A DNA stretch of 64,000 bases from an uncultured delta proteobacterium (GCA_963769935.1 CAVYNY010000034.1:32001-96000), one strand, 5' to 3'. Positions 30,866 to 42,343 are shown, counted from the stretch's first letter. Numbers and translations are program-made. The notes: generated by a model from the letters alone, not told the origin.

Positions 30866-33800
30866 ATCCGATAGCCGATCTGTTGGCCAAGATCCTTGGC
30901 TCTGGCGGCATAGGTGCGCTCCCCGGCGTGATCGCCCTTGCGCTCCAGCAGTTCGGCATAGCGCTGGAGGCTGACAACCAATTCGGGCAGATTTTTATTG
31001 GCTTCGGCCAACTGGATGCTGCTTGTCATGTGACGATCGACTTCCGCCCAGTCCGGCGGCGATTTGGCCGCGGCGATAAAGGACCGGGCGCGATGCTGCA
31101 TAATTTCGCCCCACTTCTGACCCAATCGACTCGTAACCTGAAGCCCTTTCATCCATGATTTGCGCCTGCTCCCAGTCGCCGCTGATTGCAAGGTATTCGG
31201 CCAGCTTCCCGCACAAAAATCGCATGGCCAGCACCGAGTTCGTGGCGCTCAGAATGCGGATGGCTTCCTGCACGGCGCCAAGTCCAACCGCCGGTTTTCC
31301 CGAATTAAAGAGTGCCGCGCCCTTAAAGACGGTGGCCCAGGCCATCGGCAGCGGATTGCCGATTCTTTTGGAAATATCCAGGCAGTTGTCGCAGGCAGTT
31401 ATGGCCTCATCCCAATTGCCATACCAGAAGCGAACCGCTCCCAAATATCCGGAGACCATGGCTTCAAAGGTTAAGATGTCATATTCCTTGGCAATTTCGA
31501 TGGCATTTTGAATGGATGCGATACTCTGACTGAATTTTCCGGTTAAACCGAGCAATACGCCTTTGATACCGCCCGAATAAACAACATCATCCCACTTTCC
31601 AAATGGTCTGATCAATTCAAGGCCGCGGCTCAGAAAATTGAGCCCCCGCTCGTATTCACTCGTGTACAAACAGGATCGGCCCATCAGATTGTAGGAAAGC
31701 GCCAAAAGCTTCTGATTGTTCAGATTGCGGGCGCGTTCTATGCACTGGTCCACCTGGGGCAGAGCTGCTGAAAAATCTCCCTGCATGTAGGCGAATCTTC
31801 CCACCCAGTAGTAGACTTCAGCCAGGAGCTGTTCATCACCCAATCCCCGGGCATAGGCGAGTGAGCGCTTGAGCGCTTCCCAGACCTTGTTGGACGGTGA
31901 GTACTGGGAGACTTCGGCCCATTTCAAGGCCAGGTCGATATAGGTTTGACGCTGCGCTGAGGTTATCTCGTTGGAAGAAAACAAAGCCAAGGCTTCGCGA
32001 TAATGGTCTCGAGCTTCGACGAGGGAATGGTAGCGGGAGGCTTTGTCGCCGGCCAGCTGCAGGTACTTAAGGGCCTTATCTGCCTTGTTGCTTTGCGAAT
32101 AATGATATGCCAGCTTTTCGTAATGTGCTTCCAGGCGTTCGGCATACAATTTTTCGATCGCCTGTCCGACCAGGCCATGTAAATTTTTGCGCTGTTTGAC
32201 GAGCAGTCCTTCATACACCGCCACCTGGGTGAGGACATGCTTGAACATGTATTCGGCTTCCGGCACGGCCATGGTTTGGGTGATCAAATCTTTAGTCGTC
32301 AAATCCAGCAAGGTCTGGGAGAGTTCAGAGGACACGCCCGGCATGTGCTCCAGGATGCGCTGTTGAAATTCCCGCCCGATCACCGATGCCAGTTTTAAAA
32401 CTTCGCGGGCATCCGGTTCGAGCAGATCGATTCGGGTCCGGATGACCGCCTCGATCGAATCGGGCAAAACCAGACGATCAAGGTCCTGGTTCAAGCCGGC
32501 CTTGCCCTGCTGCACACTGATTTGACCGTCGCCCTTCAGGGCTTCGCACAATTCTTCGACAAAAAAAGGATTGCCGCCGGTGTGTTCATGAATTTTATCG
32601 GCCAGCTCCGGGGCAACCTGCTCGACGCCGAGAATCGATTTGATTAAGGTTGTGGTCAGGTTCACTTCCAGAGACTTTAAGGCAATCGGCGTGTGGTGGC
32701 CGATGGCCGGCCAGCTGACTGAATTTCTCGGCCGATAGAGCACCACCAGCACCAGGGGATACGCGGCCGTCATTCCGATCAGCTTTCGCAGGGCTTTATC
32801 CGATGCTTCGTCGACCCAGTGCCAGTCTTCCAAAATCAAAACCATGGGCCGCCGTTTGGCACTGAGGGTGAAGATGGCTGCCAGTGCATTTTGGAGCGCA
32901 TTTTCCAATCTGGGGCCCTGCAGATCTTCCGGCAGGCGATACTTTTTACTCGGTATCGATAATAGATGCAGGTACATGGGCAGGTATTGCGCCAGGGCCG
33001 GATCGGTTTGCAGAACACCGGCAACGGCTTTTTGCTGGAGCCCCAGCGGAGAATCCTCTTCGAGCAATCGCAGACCGCGTCTGAGTGCATTTATAAACGG
33101 CAGATAGGGTGTTTTGCTGCCGTAAGCCTGGCAGCGTCCCTGTAGAACCGTGATTTGATTTCGGTTGATGCTGTGTCGGAATTCATATAGCAGGCGGCTC
33201 TTACCCAGCCCCGCTTCCCCTACGACGCTCACAAACTGGCCGTTGCCGGCCGCCGCCTTGTCGAGACTGGCATAAAGAGCGGCCAGTTCTTCATGCCGGC
33301 CGGCAAACTCAGTGAGGCCCTTTTTTTGGGAGGCTTCAAAGCGGCTTTGAACGGTGGATTCTTCCAGGACCCGGTAAGGGACAACCGGCTGAGCGATTCC
33401 CTTGATGTCGGCTTCGGGCAAGGCTTCCATCTTGAAGTAGGGTGCGATTAGCCGGTATGTCTCCGGGGCAACCAATATTTCATTAGAACTTGCCAGGCTG
33501 CTCAACCGGGAGGCCAGGTTGACGGTTCCGCCCAGCACGCCGTGAGATCCCGAGTTCAGATCGAGGTCTCCGGTCACCACCAAGCCGCTGCTAATGCCGG
33601 AGTGCATGGAAAGCGGCTGACCGGTGATTGCCTTCAATTCGGCGCTCATGGTTTCGACGACGCGGTGAATTTCGCGGGCCACCCTGACCGCCCGGATGGC
33701 ATCGTCTTCGTGGGATTTGGGAATGCCGAAGACGGCCATGACTGCATCGCCGATGAATTTTTCAATAAAGCCTTCATAATTGACGACCACCCGGGCAATT

Positions 33801-34102
33801 TCATCGAAGATACGGTTCATGATATCCTGGATTTCTTCAGGATCCAGACGTTCGGACAGAGAGGTGTATCCGGACATGTCGGAGAACAAAACGGTGACGC
33901 GTTTGCGTTGGCTTTCGGTGTGCAATTTCGGCTTTGAAGTTTCAACCCCGGCGACCAATGGATGCCCGCATTCACCGCAAAAATTATTGCCGGCGGGAAG
34001 CCTGGCACCGCAACCGGGGCACACCAGCACCAATTTGTTGCCGCACTGCTCGCAAAATTTTACACCGGTTCGATTTTCATTTTGACATACCGGGCAGCGC
34101 AT
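30862..34102 (-). CDS. Class III adenylate/guanylate cyclase with double Zn-ribbon, AAA/STAND ATPase and TPR-like tail (frameshift near 31145)
   Basis: CPVC/CEQC/CPGC/CGEC, LFSDMSGYT, KFIGDA, GEAGLGKS, LEDWHWVD, GGNPFF; RBS before 34102. Confidence 0.88.
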
Positions 34103-34538
34103 ATACCGGCCTCCAGGCTGGACAGTGAGTGAGAGATAAATATATCGAAGATAAAAATATATGGGAAACGTAAGGCGAAGGTTCAAGCGTGTCAACCACG
34201 GCAGTCCTGTTTGATGGATCCGTTTTAGTTTCGAGGGCTAACGTTTCAAACCCTCTAAAGCGTAGGGTGGGCATTGCCCACCAATAATTCGGCTGTTTCG
34301 CATTGCGGGGTTCTGGGCGGGGAAGAGTTAAAAATGATTGCCTCTGTTGTGTTCGCACAGGATTTGTGCTACCGGTAAAGAATCCCGGCCCGGATGTCCA
34401 GGATACTGCAAAACGAATTTATCCGGTTTTGGTATTCAGCACCTGCCCATGCTGGAACTTGAAACCCCAAGCCGAATGTGGCAACATGTTGTCAGATAAA
34501 GAAAGAGCCCTAAGGGTCTGAAAGAAGGAGAAAGTTCG

Positions 34539-35213
34539 ATGGAAAAAGCAACCGCAGGTTGTGCCCGATGTCCCATTGTAACCCGGGAGCGACTGTGCCA
34601 GAAAGAAGACGGCAAGTCACCGGAATTTTGCCCAACCAAGAATTACCAGGCAGCCGTTGACCGAGCGCTGGAAGAACTGAAGAAACCTGAGGTCCTGGAA
34701 TTTGCCAGGCAGGCCTCGCTTCAGGAAGCCGAGGGCTATACGGATAAGGATCGCGGACGCGACCATGTGAGGCCGATCAAGCCGCGTATTTTGGAGACAT
34801 TGGAGTTTGCCAAAAAAATGAATTACAGGCGTCTGGGATTTGTATTCTGTCTCGGGCTGGTGCCGGAAGCTAAAGTTGTCGAGAAGTTTTTTGTTTCCGG
34901 GGGCTTTGAAGTGGTTTCGGCCTTATGCAAGGTGGGACGCGTACCCAAGGAAAACATCGGAATTCGTGATGATCAGAAAATCAACATCGGCTGTTTTGAA
35001 TCCATGTGCAACCCGATTGCCCAAGCCTATGTGATGAATCAGGAAAATACGGAGTTCAACATCGTCATGGGATTGTGCGTGGGCCACGATTCACTGTTTT
35101 TGAAATATGCCGAGGCACCCTGCACGGTCCTGGCGGCCAAAGACCGCCTGCTGGGCCACAACCCGCTGGCCGCAGTTTACACAATTGACACCTACTACCG
35201 TTCGCTTAAGTAG
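34539..35213 (+). CDS. DUF1847 family metal-binding protein
   Basis: RLGFVFCLGL, CKVG, MCNPIAQA, GLCVGHDSLF, KDRLLGHNPLAA. Confidence 0.85.
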   Translation: MEKATAGCARCPIVTRERLCQKEDGKSPEFCPTKNYQAAVDRALEELKKPEVLEFARQASLQEAEGYTDKDRGRDHVRPIKPRILETLEFAKKMNYRRLGFVFCLGLVPEAKVVEKFFVSGGFEVVSALCKVGRVPKENIGIRDDQKINIGCFESMCNPIAQAYVMNQENTEFNIVMGLCVGHDSLFLKYAEAPCTVLAAKDRLLGHNPLAAVYTIDTYYRSLK

Positions 35214-35263
35214 AACCCGCTTCAAACCTTAGCAGGTGCCAGGCAGCTTTATAGTTCGACCTG

Positions 35264-35293
35264 TGTAGCGGCGGGGGTAGACACCGCCGCTAC
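35264..35293. repeat. GC-rich hairpin (REP-like or terminator) after the DUF1847 gene
   Basis: TGTAGCGGCGG ... CCGCCGCTACA, 11-bp perfect stem. Confidence 0.55.
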
Positions 35294-35847
35294 ATTCGTG
35301 ACCCATTTCAGGTGCGGAAGCTGATATTCAGTCTTTAGAATGAATCCTTACAATTTAATCAAACTTCATTCCACAGGTGCAGTCCTCCAATTTTTTTGAA
35401 ATGGTGGTTGACCTTTCTCAGGTCATTGGTCGCATCTTCGAACTCAGCAAGTTCAGACCCTAACCAGATGCCGCAAAACTCTTCAAAGCCACTCTGATAT
35501 TTAGCTGCAAATCATTAGGAAGGAATAACTTGAATTCTCCTTGACAATTATACTGCCTAATGCTATTTGGTATTTTATTATAATAGCTTGATTTAAAATT
35601 TATTGCTATAAATTACAGATATATATAATCCTAATACTAATTATTTATTTCCAAGTTTTCAAAAAGTAATTCACAAGACGTGGTATAAATCAGTGAAAAC
35701 TTTAACCGATCCAATTTTATTCAAACCATATTTTTCAAGTTATCAAATATCATTCGGGATGAATATTTATTTTAATAACGGTTAATTAGAAAAAATTTTG
35801 GATTAGTATATTGCACTTTTCCGAATGGATTTCGGTCAAAGAAATCA

Positions 35848-36450
35848 ATGGCCAAAAACAACTCCAAAGAACACACCCGCGAACGGATCATAAATTCCGC
35901 CAAAAAGCTGTTTGCCGAGCAGGGATACCAGAAGACCACAATTGTGGATATTTCAAAGCGAGCGGGACTCTCCGAGGCGGCGTTATACGATTATTTCCAG
36001 GGCAAAGAGGATCTGCTTCTGACAATTCCCGATCTGTGGGTTTCCGAGCTGGTGCGGGACCTGGAAGAGCAGTTATTCGGCGTAAAGGGATCCGTGAACA
36101 AGCTGCGCAAATATTTGTGGTGGTATATGCGGCGGGTGGAGCAATCCCCTCTGGACGCTAAAATCGTTTATCTGTTTCTGAAAACAAATTCCAATTTTTT
36201 AAATACCGAAGTTTATTCCAATGTTAAGAATTTTTATGCCAATCTCGTCGAAATCTTCGAAGAAGGCCGCAAGAGCGGCGAAATGAAGGCGGATCTCAAT
36301 CCGCGGGCGGCCCGGGACATATTTGTGGGGACCATGGATCATATTATCAGCCGCTGGCTGCTGAAGGATATGTCCTACTCGCTTTTTGACGAATTGGAAA
36401 ATATTTTTGAGCTAATGGTTGGTGCTTTTAAGTCAAATCACTCAAACTAG
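35848..36450 (+). CDS. TetR/AcrR family transcriptional regulator (FadR-like)
   Basis: HTH: AKKLFAEQGYQKTTIVDISKRAGLSEAALYDYFQGKEDL. Confidence 0.93.
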   Translation: MAKNNSKEHTRERIINSAKKLFAEQGYQKTTIVDISKRAGLSEAALYDYFQGKEDLLLTIPDLWVSELVRDLEEQLFGVKGSVNKLRKYLWWYMRRVEQSPLDAKIVYLFLKTNSNFLNTEVYSNVKNFYANLVEIFEEGRKSGEMKADLNPRAARDIFVGTMDHIISRWLLKDMSYSLFDELENIFELMVGAFKSNHSN

Positions 36451-36465
36451 CAGGAGGGTGCAGTT

Positions 36466-38454
36466 ATGGCAAAAACACTATTTGAATGGGATTATTCGGA
36501 CTACCCGGGAGCCAAAAAATACCCGCACCTGTTCAAGCCGATTCAGATCGGCAGTCTCCTTGTGCCCAACCGCATCAAATATGCGGCCACCGAGGAGAAC
36601 CTGAACGGGCGTGATGGATACATCACCGACTCCGGTGTTGCTTACATGCGGGAGAGAGCCAAAGGCGTGGTCGGCGGCCTGTGCTATATGCAGGGGGTCT
36701 ACATGGATAAAGCAGGCAAGGGCCAGGGGTATGTCGGCCAGGCAGCGGCGTGGGACGATAAGTTCATCCCTGGCTTAAAGCGCATTGCCGATGCAATCCA
36801 TGAACAGCGGGCGGTAGCGGGGTTCCAGCTGATGGATTGCGGACGGGTCGGCGCCGTGGAGGTCGAAAGCGGTCACGGTCCTTCGACCGTGCCGCAGCGG
36901 CTGCGAATTTTTAAACCCATGTACGAAATGACCAAGGCCGAGGTCAAAGAGATGGTTCAGCAGCACGTGGCTGCGGCGAAAAGGGGTATCGAAGCCGGCT
37001 TTGATATCATGGAGATTTCCGGCATTGTCGGTTATCTGGTTTCCAACTTTATTTCCAGCTATACCAACCGCCGTACGGATGAATACGGCGGAGATATTCG
37101 CGGCCGAATGCAGGCGGTGGTTGAGATCATTCAAGGCGTAAAAGCGGCTTGCCCGCCGGATATGCCCGTAGGTATCCGTCTGTGTTTGGAAGAACTGCTG
37201 GATGACGTGCGCGGCAATACACCCGAAGAATCGATCGAATCCTACAAAATTGCTGAAGAGGCCGGCGTAGACTATATCAGCTGCACCCTCGGCTGGCAGG
37301 AGTCCATCTATCCGGTCATCAGCCGCGACATTCCCATGGGCAACTGGGTCCACCTGGCCAAACGGGCCAAGGAGCATGTCAAGATTCCCATCCAGATGGC
37401 TTACCGCCTGTTCAAACCGCAGCTGCCCAACGATAAGATAGGCGCCGGGGAACTGGATATTTGGGAAATGTGCCGGCCGATGATTGCCGATCCGTTGATG
37501 CCCAAAAAAGTCCTGGAGGGCCGGGAGGAAGACATTCGGCACTGTGTGGCCTGCAACCTCTGTTTGGCGCGGCTTTTCAGAGACGCCCCCATGACCTGTT
37601 ATATCAATCCGGTCTGCGCCCATGAAGCCAATCCGGAATTTGCCGATCCTGCTCCGGCCGAAGAAGAAAAAGAAATCATGATTGTCGGTGCCGGCCCGGC
37701 TGGCCTGGAATGTGCCTACATGGCCGCCCGCAGGGGCCACGAGGTGCATGTCTATGACAAACGTGGGAACATCGGCGGAACCCTGAATGAGGCTCGCAAT
37801 GCCCCCTATGGGGATGATGAGCTGTGGACCTGTGTGGAGTACCAGAAGGTTATGTGTGATAAAGCCGGCGTCGAGTTCCATCTGGGGACCGAGGTCACCG
37901 AAGAGTTGATTGAGGAAGAAATGCCGGATGCCGTCGTGCTGGCGACCGGTGCGGTTTATTCCGGCCTTGAGGTCGTCGATGGTGATTCCGCCAAAACTGT
38001 TGCGCTGGCCGATGTCATGAGCGGCAAAACCGAAGTCGGTGAAAAAGTGGTCGTGTGGGGCAACCGCAAGCCCGGCATTGGTTGTGCGCTGCACCTGGCC
38101 AAACAGGGCAAGAAAGTCACGCTGGTAGGAAAAGACAAGACGGCCGGCTTTGATGTCAACCCGTCGTTTAAGTGGCGCTATATGATTTATATGCGGCAGA
38201 ACGGCATTACGGCTTACAATGACTGTGAAATTGTGGAAGTGACCGCCGCCGGCATCGTGTTAAAATCTTACGATGGGTACCAGTGGCCGTTAAATTGCGA
38301 CACAATTGTTTTAAGCCAAAGAGAGCCCAACGAGAGTCTGAAAAAAGCGGTTCAATCCGAGGGAATCGAGCTGTTTGTCATCGGTGATGCGCTGATTCCC
38401 CGCAACCTTTCCAGTGCGGTCCATGACGGCTACCGAATCGGGATGCGTATATAA
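36466..38454 (+). CDS. Three-domain old yellow enzyme (FMN, [4Fe-4S], FAD), FadH / aryl-CoA reductase-like
   Basis: LFKPIQIG..VPNRI, EISGIVGYL, NRRTDEYGG, CVACNLC...CYINP, GAGPAG, IGDA. Confidence 0.9.
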   Translation: MAKTLFEWDYSDYPGAKKYPHLFKPIQIGSLLVPNRIKYAATEENLNGRDGYITDSGVAYMRERAKGVVGGLCYMQGVYMDKAGKGQGYVGQAAAWDDKFIPGLKRIADAIHEQRAVAGFQLMDCGRVGAVEVESGHGPSTVPQRLRIFKPMYEMTKAEVKEMVQQHVAAAKRGIEAGFDIMEISGIVGYLVSNFISSYTNRRTDEYGGDIRGRMQAVVEIIQGVKAACPPDMPVGIRLCLEELLDDVRGNTPEESIESYKIAEEAGVDYISCTLGWQESIYPVISRDIPMGNWVHLAKRAKEHVKIPIQMAYRLFKPQLPNDKIGAGELDIWEMCRPMIADPLMPKKVLEGREEDIRHCVACNLCLARLFRDAPMTCYINPVCAHEANPEFADPAPAEEEKEIMIVGAGPAGLECAYMAARRGHEVHVYDKRGNIGGTLNEARNAPYGDDELWTCVEYQKVMCDKAGVEFHLGTEVTEELIEEEMPDAVVLATGAVYSGLEVVDGDSAKTVALADVMSGKTEVGEKVVVWGNRKPGIGCALHLAKQGKKVTLVGKDKTAGFDVNPSFKWRYMIYMRQNGITAYNDCEIVEVTAAGIVLKSYDGYQWPLNCDTIVLSQREPNESLKKAVQSEGIELFVIGDALIPRNLSSAVHDGYRIGMRI

Positions 38455-38468
38455 CAAGGAGGTAAACC

Positions 38469-38996
38469 ATGCCAGTTGATGCCGAAAAAGAAATATCAAA
38501 ACTTTGGCGGGCGATGCACAGCGCCCAGGATGAAATCGGAAAAACATATTATCGGTGGCGTCAGGTTGCCGTTGAATTTGCCGGAGCAGGTGCCAAACCG
38601 CTGGATGTGGCCCTGAGAGCTGCCGAGGTCTTTGGCAAGGATATCGGCAAAAGCATTCTTCCCAGAATGAACTGGTTGAAGGGGGAAGAGGGATTTATGA
38701 TGATTCTGGGCAAAACGCTGGCCGGTCTCTGGAACACCGACGGCGGTCTCGCTACCGTGGAAAAAGGTGCCAACCCGGGTGAAATAATGATCAAATGCAC
38801 CCGGGATCCCTGGCCGTCGTGGGCCAAGGAATTTGGTGTTCCCATGGAAGAGGTCGCGTTGAGCCGCGAGCGGATGTATCAGGCTATTTTAGAGGATGTC
38901 AGCGTCTTTATGAACATTCCGTTGAAGATAGAGTTGCAAAAAGCCATTGCCAGAGGACAGGGCGAGACCGTCATGCGGCTGTACAAGGCGGAGTGA
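38469..38996 (+). CDS. Hypothetical protein, V4R/ATC-hydrolase-like fold suspected
   Basis: Strong RBS AGGAGG 14 nt after the OYE stop; KCTRDPW...AIARGQGET pattern. Confidence 0.7.
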   Translation: MPVDAEKEISKLWRAMHSAQDEIGKTYYRWRQVAVEFAGAGAKPLDVALRAAEVFGKDIGKSILPRMNWLKGEEGFMMILGKTLAGLWNTDGGLATVEKGANPGEIMIKCTRDPWPSWAKEFGVPMEEVALSRERMYQAILEDVSVFMNIPLKIELQKAIARGQGETVMRLYKAE

Positions 38997-39224
38997 AGGC
39001 GCCTGCGGCGCCGGTTGATAGTTGATAGCTGATAGCAAAAGAGTTGATTGAGTTGACTGGTTGAATTGCTGAGTTGATTAGATGATAAAGTTGAGTGGCT
39101 GATTGAGAAATAAGGAGCAGGTCTGATTTTATAACTTCGTTCAATGTCAACCCAATCAACTAGATAAACTCAATGAACTCAACAAACTCAATGAGCTCAA
39201 CGATCCTAATTAACTTAACGAACT

Positions 39225-39279
39225 AAATTTATCCCATGAAATATACGCAGTATCAGCGAAGCGAATTTCATCGGGACGA
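39225..39279 (+). repeat. 55-bp structured element, identical to 13013-13067 in inverted orientation
   Basis: Exact match; stem TCCCATGAAAT / ATTTCATCGGGA. Confidence 0.9.
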
Positions 39280-39341
39280 TCTAAACCATCTAAACGATCA
39301 AAACCAACTTAACGAACATAACGAATACCAGGAGTATAACT

Positions 39342-39548
39342 ATGGCTGCTCAAATTGATTTGGATAAATGCGGCATGTGTGGCGGCTTTACTCAGCCATT
39401 GTGCGTCGAGATCTGCCCGGATTCCGCCATCAGGGTGCAGGACGGCCGGCCGGTTGTGACCGAATTTCTTTGTGAGGACTGCAACGAGTGCGGTTGTGTG
39501 TGCCCGGATCACGCCATCGAGGTGCCGCTGGTGAAAGTTACCTTCTAG
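39342..39548 (+). CDS. 2x[4Fe-4S] ferredoxin
   Basis: CGMCGG....CVEICP and CEDCNECGCVCP; RBS AGGAG. Confidence 0.9.
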   Translation: MAAQIDLDKCGMCGGFTQPLCVEICPDSAIRVQDGRPVVTEFLCEDCNECGCVCPDHAIEVPLVKVTF

Positions 39549-39946
39549 TAATTTCCAGTTGTGCTGGATGCTGGATACTGGATGGACAAAACTAGGGTAT
39601 AAGGTATAAGGTTTAAGGTTCAAGGACCAAGGATAAAGGCGATAGCGCTTTCGCGCCAACTGACAGCTTCTGTCAGTGAAGGACAAAGGCAAAAAGTGCA
39701 CGGTGATTAGGGAAAGGCGAACGGTGTATGGCACAATTCGAACGGTAGATGAAGTCTGCCATCTGTCGTCTATTTCCTCATATGCAAATTCATTTTTACC
39801 GGCCAGCGCCAAACCAAAGTTTCTTCTATGATCAGACCGGCATTTGTTTTGGCCGGCGGAGGGGCTGAAACCAATATCAAATAATCGGCAACTAATGGCA
39901 AAAAACTTTGAGATTATCTGTCTTCTGCGTTTAAAGGGGGTAAGCG

Positions 39947-40369
39947 ATGAGAGTCAACAAACTCGATCATATCTGTATTGCAGTAAAAAATCTGGATGAA
40001 GCGCGTAAAGTCTGGGAACCGGTATTGGGGAAAGAAAAACCGGATGACGCGTACATTGACGAGCCCGAAAAAATTAAGGTTGCCCGATACTGGGTGGGGG
40101 AAGTCGGATTCGAGCTGATGGAATCCACGACGCCCGATGGCGACGTTGCCAGATTTATCGAAAAAAGAGGCGAGGGGGTGATGCTGATCAGTTTTAATGT
40201 CAACAATACCCGTGAAGCCATGGAGGAGCTAAAACAGAAAGACTATCCGTTTATCGGCGGTGCCCGACCGTTCAGGGACTGTGAATTTACGTTCCTTCAC
40301 CCCAACAAAATGAACGGCGTTCTGCTGGAACTTATTGACTACAAGTGGCGGGAGTTTGAAGATCGCTAA
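39947..40369 (+). CDS. VOC family protein, methylmalonyl-CoA epimerase-like
   Basis: DHICIAV, FELMES, FIEKRGEG, FLHP..MNGVLLEL. Confidence 0.85.
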   Translation: MRVNKLDHICIAVKNLDEARKVWEPVLGKEKPDDAYIDEPEKIKVARYWVGEVGFELMESTTPDGDVARFIEKRGEGVMLISFNVNNTREAMEELKQKDYPFIGGARPFRDCEFTFLHPNKMNGVLLELIDYKWREFEDR

Positions 40370-40641
40370 ATGTATGTAAGATGTAAGTTGTAAGTTGTGA
40401 GTTGTATGTTGGTGGTTGTCCGTTGTGGGCTCCAAATAATCCGAGGCGGCATCATATAGACCATCAACACCTGAAACCTAATATGCCCCATGTGCACGCT
40501 TTTCGGCAAACTTGTGTTCAACCCGAATCGTGGGACCCATGACAAATAACAAACAATTCGCAACCCCCAATATACAACTTGCACCGCGCAACATACAACG
40601 CGCAACAAACAACCAACAACCCGCAACACGAGGAACGATTT

Positions 40642-41823
40642 ATGACAATTTCAAAAAAGATTGAAAACATCATCGCCGGGTCTTCATTCATTCGCAGGAT
40701 GTTTGAGGAGGGGGCACGCCTTAAGGCCGAATACGGGGCTGAAAACGTTTATGACTTCAGTCTGGGGAATCCGAATGTGCCGCCGCCGGAAAAATTCAAT
40801 GAAATTCTGCGGGAAACCGTCGGTACCTGCGGGCTTAATGATCACTGCTATATGCCCAACACCGGGTATCCGCTGGTTTGCGGATCGGTGGCCGAATACC
40901 TTGCCAAAGAGCAGCAGGCACCGGTTACCGAAAAAGATGTCATCATGACCTGCGGCGCCTCCGGTGCGTTGAATGTTGCCTTAAAAACCGTTCTTGATCC
41001 AGGCGATGAAGTCGTCACACCGGTTCCCTGTTTTGTCGAATACAAATTTTATGCCGACAATCACGGCGGCGTACTGAAAACAGTTGCGACGAAACCCGAT
41101 TTCGAGCTGGATCCCGATGCCGTTGCGACCGCTATTACGGAAAAGACCAAGGTGTTTTTAATCAACTCACCCAACAATCCCACCGGTCGGGTTTATTCCG
41201 AAGAGAGCCTCAAGACGCTGGGAGAAATTCTGGCGCAAAAGGGCAAAGCCTATAATCGAACAATCTACCTGCTGTCGGATGAACCCTACCGGAAAATCGT
41301 ATACGACGGAATTGAGGTCCCAAGCATATTTAAGGCCTATAAAAACAGTATCATCGGGACTTCCTATTCCAAGGATATTTCCATCCCCGGCGAACGCATC
41401 GGATTCCTGGCCGTGAATCCGGCGGCAACCTACCGCAAAGAATTATTAGCGGCCATGGCGGTGGCCAACCGGATTCTCGGATATGTCAATGCGCCGGCCC
41501 TGATGCAGCGAGTGGTTGCGTGCATGCAGGGGATGAGCGTCGACATTGCCGAATATGCCCGCAAACGGGATGTGCTTTGTGAAGGGCTGGCAGAATTTGG
41601 ATATGAATTTATTAAACCGGCCGGAACCTTCTACCTGTTTCCCCGCTCGCCTATTGCCGATGATGTCGAATTTGTAGATATGTTGAAGGAAGAGCGTATT
41701 CTGGTGGTGCCGGGCAGCGGCTTTAACGGACCCGGCTATTTTCGCATTGCGTTTTGTGTGGATGACAATACCATAAAAAATTCGATGCCGGGATTTGAGC
41801 GGGCGATCAGGAAGTTCAGGTAA
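40642..41823 (+). CDS. Class I PLP aminotransferase (aspartate/aromatic type)
   Basis: INSPNNPTG, SDEPY, SYSKDISIPGERIG; start MTISKK with RBS. Confidence 0.92.
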   Translation: MTISKKIENIIAGSSFIRRMFEEGARLKAEYGAENVYDFSLGNPNVPPPEKFNEILRETVGTCGLNDHCYMPNTGYPLVCGSVAEYLAKEQQAPVTEKDVIMTCGASGALNVALKTVLDPGDEVVTPVPCFVEYKFYADNHGGVLKTVATKPDFELDPDAVATAITEKTKVFLINSPNNPTGRVYSEESLKTLGEILAQKGKAYNRTIYLLSDEPYRKIVYDGIEVPSIFKAYKNSIIGTSYSKDISIPGERIGFLAVNPAATYRKELLAAMAVANRILGYVNAPALMQRVVACMQGMSVDIAEYARKRDVLCEGLAEFGYEFIKPAGTFYLFPRSPIADDVEFVDMLKEERILVVPGSGFNGPGYFRIAFCVDDNTIKNSMPGFERAIRKFR

Positions 41824-41987
41824 AGAATTCCTGAATTGAAGATTGAAGATTGAAAATTGAATATTTGTGGCTGTCGCTCCGCTCCGTCTTTTTTAAAAAC
41901 GAAAAAACACCATCTATAAATTTTGAACCCCTGGCCTAGACTTGATCTGGAGGGATATGCAGAGCGAGAGCGGATAAAGGAAGTCTT

Positions 41988-42197
41988 ATGGGAAAAGTAC
42001 TAAGAGACTACGAGGTTTATCTGGTCTACGTAGACCCGGACCGCTGTGATTCCTGCAAAGAATGCGTGCTGATGTGTCCGACCGATGTATTCGAGATGCC
42101 GCATAAAGCCGTACCGGTGCGGCCGCAGAATTGTCTGGGATGTCTGACGTGTACGGCGGTTTGCAAGTCCAAGGCTGTAATCATAACCGAGATATAA
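41988..42197 (+). CDS. 2x[4Fe-4S] ferredoxin
   Basis: CDSCKECVLMCP and CLGCLTCTAVC. Confidence 0.85.
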   Translation: MGKVLRDYEVYLVYVDPDRCDSCKECVLMCPTDVFEMPHKAVPVRPQNCLGCLTCTAVCKSKAVIITEI

Positions 42198-42343
42198 ATA
42201 ATGGATTGGAGTCCTGGAGTGTTGGGCTAATGGAGTACTGGATAGCGCGGATTTGAATCGATTCAAAATTGCTGCATCGAATTTTATACCCAATACTTCC
42301 ATCACTCCAATGACGCGCTTGGCGCGTGTTTTAAGGTGAACCT

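Noticed and set aside
39010..39320. Repetitive spacer as a CRISPR array
   Set aside because: Units are degenerate 8-9-mers without constant repeats and unique spacers; no cas genes in the window.
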